Source: Halocafeteria seosinensis (Eukaryota). Taken from it: DNA of 20,000 nt. This document shows, piece by piece, positions 1-12,100 of the stretch (position 1 is the first letter of the stretch; every line of letters starts with the position of its first letter). The stretch is taken from the NCBI GenBank assembly GCA_001687465.1, contig LVLI01000326.1:56973-76972 (forward strand). Reading direction: 5' to 3'. Both the position numbers and the translations under genes were made by a program. A model generated the notes under the pieces. That model did not search any database, was not told where the DNA came from, and was given only the letters and a program-made list of their open reading frames with translations.

Positions 1-124
1 GAAGTGGGGGTTGTGGTACCGGTTTTGAGGGGTCAGGTGGGGCGTTTCTCCGTTTGGAGGTGGCGGGTGAAACTATTTTCTCCGGAACTGTAGACGTGAG
101 TGGAGATAATGCTTCCAAGAACGG
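1..124 (+). CDS. Gene A partial exon: end of an upstream module (SGGCGTGFEGSGGAFLRLEVAGETIFSGTVDVSGDNASKNG)
   Basis: Open frame from position 3 matches the ends of the other modules. GTAAGT donor at 125. Confidence 0.9.
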
Positions 125-3100
125 GTAAGTTCATCGCTGTTGATAGCTGTCAAAGCGGATTCATATTTCTAAGTATTGATTCCAATGCAGCTTTGGCGGA
201 GGTGCCGGCGGCGGAATCGTTCTCCATACTCGGACGCTAGTGGCCAGTGAAGGTATGCTCAAGAGTAACGGAGGGAATGCGGGGTCTGTAGGCAGTTACG
301 GGGGAAGTGGTGGTCGCCTGGCTGTGTATTGCGATCAGCCTTTAGAAGAAGACCGACAGTTTCATTTTGAAGCACAAGGGGGCTATTCCGGGGGGTCTGT
401 GGACAGCCTCCGTTCGGGTGCAGGTACCTTCTACCGAGACTGTGGAGCATATCATTCCAAGGAGCTGAAGTCCGATAACGGAGCAAGTGGGCATTTACAT
501 CCAACTGAAAGCGTTATCACTACCGAAGCTGACTCGGTTCACTTCGACCGCGTCGAACTCCTCAATGGCGTAAAGCTTAGCTGGCTCACTCGCTCAAAGG
601 CTGAACAGCGACACATGTTCTCGATTGCCAGGCTCGATGGGGACAGAAGCAGTGTATGGAACTTGAGAGAAAGCCAAAAGGGGTGGCTCGGTTTCCAAGG
701 TGACAAAGTTACCACTTCTGATGTGTCCCCATCGACTGTGAGCAGCGTCCGCACAAAACGGTATTTCGCCCAGGTCGGTACACTAGAATGGCTTAATTAT
801 GGTGTCAATACAATCCATGCGGATGATATCGAGACAGCCCTGACGGAATGTGGTCTCGATATTGACGATTCAGCATTGTTGACTACGCCTCCTCACGTCG
901 TAGTTGCGGGTGTCCCGATTAATCTGCAAGGTGAGTGGGAAGGCCTAAAGTATTTGAGCCTTCTGAAGAACGCAACAATGCGTGTGAAAGGCGGAAACGT
1001 GGAGGGACGTGTTGAGTTTCACTCACTCGACATGATGGATGAATCGCGTTTGGACGTCAATAGTGCTGATAGCGTGTTTGTGTCGATTGGGTCTCTATCC
1101 ATGACAGATGCTGCTCGTTTGAGTGCTCGGACGAACGGCAGCAAACTTCGTTTCAAGGCGGACTCTCTTTCCTTAAACAACGAAAACCGGATTGATATAA
1201 CCTCACCATCCACAGTAGAATTGAATGTCAAGGAGATGTCGATGACAGGACATGCTTCCACCAACATAACTGCAGAACGGAGTTGTGTATTCACATTTAC
1301 TTCTCTGAGAATGCAGAACCTCTCACAGTTGACAGCCGACCGTAATTCTTCCATTTTCCTAGAAGATACTTTGCATATGACTGATTATGCCACGCTTAAT
1401 GTGCATGGAAGGGCGGAAATAGAGGGGCGACATGTATTTCTTGAAGGAAACTCTAAGTTGATGGGTCATGGAAACGGATTTGGACCGTGCGAAGGCGAGG
1501 GGACACCTACTGTGTCAACTTACGGAGGCTCTCATGGTGGATTAGGTAGCACCCATAACATCACAAAATTTTTGAAAATGGAAAAAGCAGCGTTTGCAAA
1601 TGACGACCTGTTTGAACCTCATTTGCCTGGAAGCGGCAGTTGCAATGGTCGGGGCAAGGGCAACCCAGGTGGTGCGAGCGTGGCTGTGAGAGTGTCTGAC
1701 TCCAGTATAATTGAAGGAACTGTGGATATGAGTGGATCTGCGAGCTCCTACATAGAGTAAGTAGCGCTGGTTACAACAGGAAGGCACTTTGACTTGCTTT
1801 AATCCAGTTATCTCTTGTTCGTTTGCAGTGCTGGAGGAGGAGCTGGAGGATCGATTTTGTGGAAGACATTCTCGCTTAAACGTGACTCAGGACTGTTGAA
1901 AGCCAACGGTGCGGATGGTAACCTTCAAGGTTCGTATGGAGGCAGCGGCGGACGCATTGCCCTTCATTGCAATGAATCGACAACAGTGAGTCTTAGCTAT
2001 ACTATTCAAGGTGGTGAGCAGAAGTCCACGGGGGCACGCTCGGGACCGGGGACATATTACCGATATTGCTTCGCTAACCATCGTCGAGAGTTGCTTTCCG
2101 CAAATGAGATGTACCGTGCCTCGCAAGTAGCAGACGCGGTGATTATCAATGACGAGATGTCCATACTAGCGCTCGACCGAGTTACAATCCTTTCCGGATC
2201 ACGAGTCCAATGGTGGCCCATAAGTGGCCAAAACAATTTGCGCTTTTCAATTGGAGAGCTTCAGGGAGATCAAACAGGAAGATGGACAATACCCTCTAAT
2301 CAGGTCGGTGAACTGGGTCTGTTACACAAGACGAAACATTCCAGTCTTGTAAGCGCTACATATGGATCCAATGCCCTTGTAAAGAACAATGAGACCAGTT
2401 GGATACAAACTACAACTAAGTCCCTTTATAGGGATGATGTCGCTGCAGCACTGACCCAAGTTGGGGTAGACGTTTTGGAAGGAGGAGAGTTTAAAACTCC
2501 AACCCAAATTGTCGTGTCTAATGTGTCGGTACTTTTATCGGGCAACTGGAACGGTTTAGAAGAGCTGAGTTTGCTTAATGGGGCGAACGTGGAGATTTTT
2601 ATGCGCCAGAATTTCAGCAACATTGACTGGAAGTCGGTCACGTTGATCGAGGATGCGCGTTTAAGTGTGCACAGTTTCCATTCTATGCATCTAAACTTGC
2701 TAAGACTCTCTATGGATAACAGTAGCAAGCTTACAGCAACGGCGGACGAACAGTTAGTAACAGAGTTTGGAGCGGTGAACATGTCCCGAGAAAGCGCTAT
2801 TGAAGTCCGAGGAAAGTCGAACGTCGAGTTGACTTCGCGTACACTCTCGGCTGGCGGGAAGTCTCATCTTAGAATTCTAGCGGACACAGTGAGGATGGCG
2901 ATGCACACTGTGTCCATGAAAGCTGATTCGTTGCTCGAAACGGGAAGCGACCCCCAAGTGGAAGTACCTGGGCATCTATCACTGTATGACCGTAGCCGGG
3001 CTATCCTTCGTGGAAACTCAAGTGTTACCGTTGGCAGCGTAATAGTTGAGGAAGATACTATCATCGATGGGCGTGCCTCAGGGTATAAACCGTGTAACGG

Positions 3101-6100
3101 AGCCGGTTCTCCGGCAAATCCTTCCATAGGCGGATCCCATGGAGGAATAGGTAGTGCTCACAGCATTGAGGACTTTTTTGAGACTGAGGAGTCTGCGTTT
3201 GCAAATGACGCCACATTCTTCCCAAAGAAACTTGGTAGTGGTGGTTGCGGAAGCAATGCTGGAGGCGGAAGAGGTGGCGGATACATCCACATACACGCTA
3301 AAAATCTGACTAGTATCCAAGGGCTCATTGATGTCAGCGGAGGCTCGAGCAAAGACCCTAAGTAAGTTAAGTATGTTTTGTCAAAGGCGTTTCTCGCTCT
3401 ACATGCCCTTCCTGTTTTTACAGTGCCGGAGGGGGCGCTGGAGGTGGCCTGCTCCTCGAAACTGCCGTGCTCCGAGGCGGTGGTTTGATAAGAGCAAACG
3501 GCGGACACGGGGGAGCGACAAGCGGCTACGGCGGTAGCGGTGGTAGAATGGCCTTGTATTGTAGTCATAATTTGGAGAATAATGATTCTCTTGCGTTTGA
3601 AGTTCATGGAGGTAAGCAGAAACTTACAGGCTCTCACTCTGGTCCTGGGACCTATTATAGACAATGCGGTAAAGAATTCGCCCGGGACTTACGTTCGGAA
3701 AACGAAGAAACAGATGCGGATAATATGCCTAAAGAGGCGGTCATCGTCGACAATAGCGAGGCCTCATTAAATTTCGACAGAGTAGTAATCCTTCGTAACG
3801 CAAGGCTGCAGTGGATGCCTGAGGGCAATGTTCTTGGTTCCACTAATTTCTCGGTGAGTATTTTAGACGGAGACAAGACTGGGCGATGGAGCATCCGAGG
3901 AAACCAACTAGGAAAATTGGGGCTGCGTGCTCCCAGTCACGATGCAGCTTCCATGAAGCTTCGCGATTTGCCATACCACAGTATGGAGTTCGTCCGCAGT
4001 GACTCTAACGGGTCTCTCTCCGAATGGACCCAAATAAAAACTAGGAGGGTTCAACAAGATGACATTAACTATGCTTTTACACAAGTAGGCATCGATGTTC
4101 ACCAGGATGCAACGCTGATGACTCCTCCTTATGTTACAGTCTCCGACGTGCCAGTGCAACTGTGGGGAAAATGGACCGGTATCAATCATTTGAGTGTCAC
4201 CAAAGGTGGTCGATTGCAATTGAGTTACGGGAAAACTGGGGGGCGCTGTGATTTTCAGTCCGTTGCAATCATGGATGGTGCTAAACTTGAAGGAATCAGT
4301 AAAGGGGCACTATCATTTCACACTACCACCCTTGCGATGAAGGGGGATGCCAACGTTGATTTGGATAGCGACTCAGGATTGCGTGTCAATGTTACTTCTC
4401 CCACCACCCTCCAGGACTACAACCGGCTGGGACTCCACTCTGCTAAAGAAGTGGATGTTTATGTCAGCACCTTGTCCATGCAATTTGAATCACTATTCAC
4501 GGTTTACGCCGGAAAGCAAGCATCTCTCGAATCCAGAACGATACTGATGAATAATACTGCTCTTCTGAAAATTGGAAACAACCCAAGTCTTCGTGTCGGC
4601 AAATTTGATGTCGGAAATCGCTCGTCCCTTGACGTTAGTGGTGTTGTTGACCTAAAGGCTGAGGAGCTGAACCTGGATGAAAACGCAGAGATTACTGGTG
4701 TGGGCAAAGGGTATAACGAATGCGACGGTCCCGGGACAAACGAAGCTAAACTTGTCGGTGGATCTCATGGCGGTTTAGGCAGCTGCGATAGCGTGAGCGA
4801 TTTCAGATATACGCATGGTTCAGTTCTGGCGAACGATGACGTATTTCGCCCAACTCTGATGGGAAGCGGCAGTTGCGGGTCTGGTAACGAAGGAAGTGGG
4901 GGCGCGTTCATCAGGCTCAACGCTACAGGAACAAGCAGAATAATGGGAACCATCGATGTGAGTGGTTCTAGCGGAGGAGCAGGCGGAGGTTTGATAATCT
5001 CGCTAGGGACTTTGGAAGAAGGTAGCGGATTCCTTAGAGCGACCGGTGGCAATGCCAAGATTGGTGGAGGTGGCGGGCGTATTGCTCTTTACTGTGATCA
5101 GCTGCCTGACTCAACAGCTTCCGAAAAGTTCGACTTCGCTGTTTTCGGAGGAATATCTTCTGAGTCTGGTAACTGTCGCTCTGGAGCGGGGACATATTAT
5201 CGCCAATGTGGCTATAACGGTACTAAGGAATTACTCGTGGATAACAATCTCAACCAGAACACTGGAGAGACAGTAATCGTCAATACAGTTCCAGCACTCC
5301 ACTTTGACAAAGTCACAATATCGGGTTACGCGAACCTTAGATGGTTAAGTCCTGTCGATCAAATCAACAGCACGCTTTCTATCCATGTGCTCTCTGGGGA
5401 CTCAAGTGGGAGTATAATTGTCCCAAACAATCAAACACTTCTACTTGGCGCTCTTGACAAGCATAACCCTGCATCAACGGCTGTCCTAGAACCAGTGAAC
5501 TACAGAAGAGATACTTCGTTCTCCATGTTATTCCGCGAGAATGGTAGTCTGTGGACTCAATCTGCTTTGTGGATACAGCATCGAGACGATGTAGCGCTAG
5601 CTCTATCCAAAGTTAACATAGAGGTTTACCGGAAAGGAAAACTGGTGACTCCTCCGCAAGTTACTGTTGCTGGAAGCTCGTTAGATATTTGTGGGCGATG
5701 GAGTGGCCTAACAGACCTAAGTCTTACTGATGATGCGCATTTGGATTTTCGAGAGGGAGGTTCTTCAACGTTTTTGCTAAATTCCTTGACGATGATGAAG
5801 AATGCTCGCTTATCTATCGATAGAGACGGGTTAGTCAGCGTTGCTATGGAGAATTTAACGATGATGGAAAGCGGCCAAATTGCCATCCGGGGACAATCAG
5901 TCGACCTCGATGTCACCAGAGTTATTTTGAGGGATAACAACAGAATCGAAGTTATCGCGGATGACCATGCCAATGTCGACACTGTTTATGTCTCCGCCGA
6001 CTCTTCAGCACTCTTCAAAATTACAGGCAAAGGCTTTATTTCTAGCACGTACAACAATAGTAGGACTCTACTTAGTGGTAGTTCCAGCTTAGCTATTGCT

Positions 6101-9100
6101 CCTAGTCCAATTATGATATTTTCGGATTCGGTGAAACTTCGAGATTCGTCAACTATCTACATCTCGGGGTATGCAAGTATCACAAGTCCGTTCCTCGACA
6201 TCGGTCCTTCAGCAGAGCTAAATGGCATCGGGAGAGGGAACCCGAAGGAACCTAGTCTAGGCGAAATTGGAGGATCTCACGGTGGTTTGGGTAGTGATGG
6301 CAGCTTAAGAGACTTCCTCCGAAGTGGGCAACCATTTTCATCGGATGATACGTTCCATCCATCCTATCAGGGAGGTGGTGGGGGCGGTGCACCTGGTGGA
6401 TCTTTGATACATCTTACCTTGAATGAAGGAATAGTCAGCGGGACCATTGATGTGAGTGGTAGCGACACAACGTAAGTGATTCTCGCAGTCGAGTTATTCT
6501 GACTATTTCAATAGCCGATTACCGTACATCATGCAGATCTGATGGTAGTGGGGCTGGGGGAGGAATCCTCGTGGACACGAAGACCCTGGGGGTCAGCGAG
6601 GGGGTTCTGAAGGCTAATGGAGGGGCTGGTCATAAGTACGGCGGTGGAGGCGGCCGCATTGCATTATACTGTAAAGATATGCCGGTGAACGACGCGCGTG
6701 AGCTCTTAGGCTTCGAAGTTCATGGCGGAAAAGGTGCTGACGGTAGATCAGGGGCTGGGACGTTCTATCGAAAATGTGGTCAAGAATCGCCACGGGAAAT
6801 ACTATCAGAAAATGATAATAGTCAGCGAGAGGACTCCGGAGAAACTGTCATCACCTATTCCGAAGATACATTCCTGCACTTGGATCGCCTGGTGATCCTA
6901 CGAGGAGCTCGGGTCCAGTGGTTCCCCATTGCGTGGATGTCAAGGAATCTCCACGTTGATAATGTTACCACGTTTTCTGTTACATACCTGGAGGGGGACG
7001 CTACAGGAAAATGGGTGATCATCGACCATCAGACAGGACGCCTGGCGACAGGAAGTGTTGAACACCCTGCAGAACAAAGATTCTTTGAGACTCAGAACAT
7101 AACGAAGCCTTACATGCACTCACAAATGGTACAAAACAATGTATCCGCATGGACGCGCGTAAATATAGATACTGGCTTTTTGGACGACGTTAACGGCGCT
7201 CTGACAGAAGTTGGCATTGAGGTTTACAAGACCGCAACCTTGGTGACACCCAGTTTTGCCACCGTCTGGTATGTGCCAATAACTTTGTGGGGAGAATGGA
7301 TAGGCATATCTCATTTGAGTTTATCGTGGGGAGGAAGTGTAACTCTACTTCGAGACGAGGGCAGTAGTGAGCTAGCCCTGAGAACTTTGACCATGGTGGG
7401 GAACTCGAAGATTGCCGCTGAAAGCGGCGGAGATTTTGGCTTTTCTCTGAAGACACTAACCATGCTGGATGAAACCGGCATTTCTGTTTCGACGGTAGGA
7501 CTCTTCAACTTTACTCTCCAGTCAAAGCTCCCGCTTCGGGACCAAACGAGAATATCTGTCAAGTCCAGGCAAACTATAAAGTTTACGGTCGATGCTATAG
7601 AAATGCAGAACAGCTCCGAATTGGGGATATCTTCTGAAGAAGATATTGGTTTTGATTTGAATCACTTGGTGTTAAAAGACATGTCCTCGTTGAGCGTGGG
7701 CTCCAGTCCTACGCTGAGTTTCGGAACTTTAACCATGGAGGATAGATCCACTTTCAAAGTCAAAAAGTCTACCCAGATAAAGACGAAAAAGCTATTTCTT
7801 GATTCAGAAGCTCTCATCAGTGGCTTTGGAACCGGCTTTGCGGCGTGTCAAGGACCAGGTTCGCCGGTGGGATTAAACGAACTTGGAGGTTTTCATGGAG
7901 GTTTGGGTACTACTAAAAGCATAGAGTCAGTCACGAAAATATTAGCCAACGATGATGTTTACCGTCCAAAATTAGCGGGAAGTGGTGGTTGCCACGATGA
8001 CACCGGTGGGTCCGGCGGAGCGTACCTCAACATACACGTGCAAGACGCTACACTTTTGGGAACTATTGACGCCAGCGGCGAGGATTCCACTAAGGGGTAC
8101 GTATTTTAGTTGTAGGTTTTGAAAGTCCATTATCACCCAGGTTTGCGTCCCTCGCAGAGGCGGCGGTGCCGGAGGAGGCATTCTGCTTGTCACAAAAAGC
8201 TTATGGGCTGCCACAGTGCAATTGCAGGTGAAGGGTGGAAACTCAGATAAGACGGATGGAGCAGGGGGCGGAGGGCGTTTAGCCCTTTATTGTGATCATT
8301 TGCTCAGTTTGCGCCATAAACCACAAGACACAGGGGCAAGCGTCAATTTTGACACTCACGGTGGTCGAGAAAGGAATGGTGCTCGCTCAGGTCCTGGCAC
8401 CTTCTACAGGAATTGTGGCAACCATAATATTAGTCAGCTATTCTCTGAAAATGGAGACAGCCCAAATGCCGCAGACGCTGTTATAACGAACAATGGGACG
8501 GGTTTGCTTCACTTTGACAGGGTGGAACTAACCCGACATGCTAGGCTCTCGTGGGTCCCAGCAGCTTCTCTTCCGTCCGAAATGACATCAGGAGATCCTA
8601 GTCGTGGTTTCTCGATATACTACTTAGGAGGGGATGGAACCGGGGTATGGAGTCTGCAGAACGACCAGATTGGTTTCTTGACGACGTCGAACATGACACA
8701 CCCAGACGTCGGTGCTTACTTCCAGACTCAAAACGCAACACGCGACTTTTCTCATACACACGTGTTCCCGACTATCGAGCAAGCTTGGAATCGGCTCGAT
8801 GTTTGGATAAATTCCCTGGATGACGTAAATTTTGCTCTTCAGCAAGTGGGTATAGATGTGCACGAAGCGGCGTACTTGGTAACACCACCACACGTCACCA
8901 TCGGAACTACAGTGAATATCATGGGAGAATGGTTTGGGCCGACAGCTGTGCTTATGGAGTATGGTGGTCACGTTGATATCTTGAAGCGGTCTATTAATAG
9001 AAAATCGGTAGCCCCATTGGGAAGTAGGACCTCGTTGGACTCGCTCACTATGCTGGGTGACTCTGTGTTCGAAGTTGACACTGAAGACGCTTACTTGTTT

Positions 9101-12100
9101 GATGTTCAGACCCTGATTCTCATGGAGGAGTCGACACTTAACGTAGATGCAACAAAGCAACTCGACTTTACTCTCTTCAATCCCTTAGAAGTTCGACAGA
9201 ATGTGGACTTGCAACTTACGTCCAACGATGCCAATCTGGCTGTAGACTTTATCAGCTTAGAAGGAACTTCCAGCGTAAGCATTGGCGGATCCAGCTTGAC
9301 GTTAGACTTCATCCACTTGAAGGACCAGTCCCACGTCCGAATCAAACGAGGCACAAACCTTAAATTGCGGGAGGGGTTTCTTGTATACAATTCCTCGTCC
9401 GTTGACATTGAAGGAGATGTACACATTGATGCACAATCGTTCTTCTTGGACTCCAACGCTAGTATAGAGGGAAACGCGATGGGATATGGCCCTTGCTCAG
9501 GAGCTGGATCGAAGTCCTCTTGTGATGCCTCATCCCAAAACAGCAGAAACAGGCTGGGAGGTGCTCACGGAGGGATTGGAAGTTTTGAATCTGTGCAGGA
9601 CCTTCCAGTGCAAGATGTCCTAGCTAATGACAATTTATACTACCCTAGGAAACAAGGCAGCGGTAGTTGCCCGGATCCATGTGAAAAGGATGGCGGAGCG
9701 AATGGAGGCGGTTACTTGCACCTGCTAGTGCGCGCAGACAGTACCATATTGGGTAGCATTTCGGTCGACGGGGAACATTCAAACACGTAAGTGTCATTCT
9801 AGTATGTCTCAGATAAGCCTGTATCATTATTGGTTTGCTCATCCAGAGCCGGTGGTGGAGCTGGAGGAGGCCTGCTAATCGAAACAGCAGTTCTGAAACG
9901 CAGCAGCGGTTGTCTTACGGCTAGAGGAGGCGAGGGATCCGAAGCTGGGGGAAGTGGTGGTCGAATTGCTGTCCATTGTGAAGAACCGATATCAACGCAA
10001 AAAGAGGAAGACTATCTAGATGTTTTAGACGAACTCCATTTTGATGTGGCAGGAGGTGTTTCCAAACAACATAAGTTACGCTCTGGAGCTGGGACAGTCT
10101 ATCGGGATTGTGGTCGGGATGCACCTAAGGAGCTGCTCTCTAACAACAATCAAGAGAATAGTGTCGCCGAAGCGGTAATTCTCAACTCCTCGGAGAGTCT
10201 GTATTTTGATCGAGTAAAGCTTTCCGGAGGGAGCGCGTTGCTGTGGATTCCCCACGGACAAACCCAGACACATCAAATGGCGGTATTGAAGCTGGAAGGG
10301 GACTCTACTGGCATGTGGAGGATCCGGGATAACCAAGTTGGAAACTTAGCACGAGAGACTTGACAGGGATGATGTCTCCGTACATGAAGTTGGAACGGCG
10401 GAATGCAAGTCGCAGGTACTTTGAGAACACATTTGTTACAGAAAGGGAAGGTAATTCGTGGAAAGCACTTCAGGAGCAAGTGTATCATGTTGATGATACT
10501 CATTTTGGTTTGACCAAGGCAGGAGTTGACGTTGGTGGTGACTGCAAACTGATCACTCCATCGCATCTAACGGTCGCGAGCGTCCCGCTTCACTTGGATG
10601 GGAAGCTAGCAGGTGTGGAGCATTTGGGGCTGAGCTGGGGAGGACTGGTTAGCATTAACCGGAAATCTGATGTGGAATTTCGGTTCAAGTCTATTGCCAT
10701 GCTTGGTGATGGGAACATACAAATGCGAAGTGACGCGTCGGTGTCTCTTACATGCGACCGTTTGACGGTTATCGAATCATCTCACCTTGATATCGCCGCC
10801 AAGAGTACCCTCTTGCTCAACACTCCGTACCTACTCGATGTTGGTGATAGAGCTACACTAAAACTGCGGTCTCCGGAAGGAACCAAAATTCATGGAATGC
10901 TGCTCAAGATTGCCAATGATGCCCGAATGGACGCCGGGAACAATCCGCAGTTGCATTCTCTGAACTCCTTCCAATTGACCGACTCCGCATACTTCGTATT
11001 TTATGGTACTCTATCCGCTAGCACCGGCCATTTTGGAATAGGTTCAAACGCATACATTGACGGTCACGGAAAGGGTTCCTCCCCTTGCGTAGGGCCTGGG
11101 ACTCCCTCTCAATCGGGGCGTGGGGGTTCGCATGGTGGTCTTGGAGTAGCGGGCTCAGTCGACAAGGAGGAAGTTCGCTTGCTTGCTAACGATGAAGTGC
11201 TCGCACCAAGGCTCCCTGGGAGTGGAAGCTGTGGTCCAGAAGGGTCAGGACAACGGGGAGGAGGATCGGTTCAAATCGATGTACTGTCAGAGAGTACTCT
11301 AAACGGGAGAATTGATGTCAGTGGCGCCGGCGATGAAAATGGGTAAGTGTTCGATAATGTATAAGAATACCAAGTTGCTCAACCGACGTTGTCTGGTGCT
11401 CGTGTGCAGAGTTGGTGGAGGTGCTGGCGGTAGCATTCTTATCTCCAGCGAAATACTGAAACCAAGTACCGGCAGTTTGCAAGCAAACGGCGGACGTACT
11501 ACAAATTCTGGCGCGCATGGAGGTGGTGGCGGCCGAATAGCAATCTTCTGCAATAGTTTACTTGGTACTACGGAAAGAGAAGTTGCCGCGTCGCTAGAAA
11601 TGAGGGCTGCTGGAGGCCAAACTTCCCAAAGCAGGTCGGGCCCGGGAACAGTCGTCTATAGATACGGTCAAAACTCTTCCAGGGTTCTGTATATCGACAA
11701 TCTCGGAGAAGAGACTAGGCTAAGAGAAGCGATAATAGTCGATGATGCGAGCACTCTTCACTTCCATCGAATCGTTCTTGTTAACGGCTCTGGTCTTCGC
11801 TGGGCCACTGGTGGTCCTTCTGTATCTAGAACGTTTGAGATGAATTGCCTAGAAGGAGATGGAACGGGACGATTGGAGATAGGGGAGAAGCAGACGTTTG
11901 TGCTTGATACTCCCAATAGTCTCCATTGTACAGAAAGTGCCCCTTTTATGCCTCTTCTGCAACCTTCTCATGGCTTTCCTTACGCTCGTGTTTGGCGAAA
12001 TGGGGATAGAGAATGGATCCGCAACACAGTTACGGCGTATAAAGTTGTGGATGTAGAGCTTAATGTTACAATCAATGTTCATGAAGAGGGTGAACTCCAC

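Noticed and set aside
4958..4963. GTGAGT donor-like hexamer at the intronless module 3/4 junction, also near 96 and 6452
   Set aside because: It is the Val-Ser codon pair of the DVSG motif. The frame is open, and splicing here would delete the conserved GGAGGG motif.
10337..10366. Possible mini-intron (GT at 10337 to ACAG at 10366) to explain the module 7 frameshift
   Set aside because: The donor GTTGGA is non-consensus. The length of 30 nt is half the local norm and a multiple of 3, so it cannot change frame.
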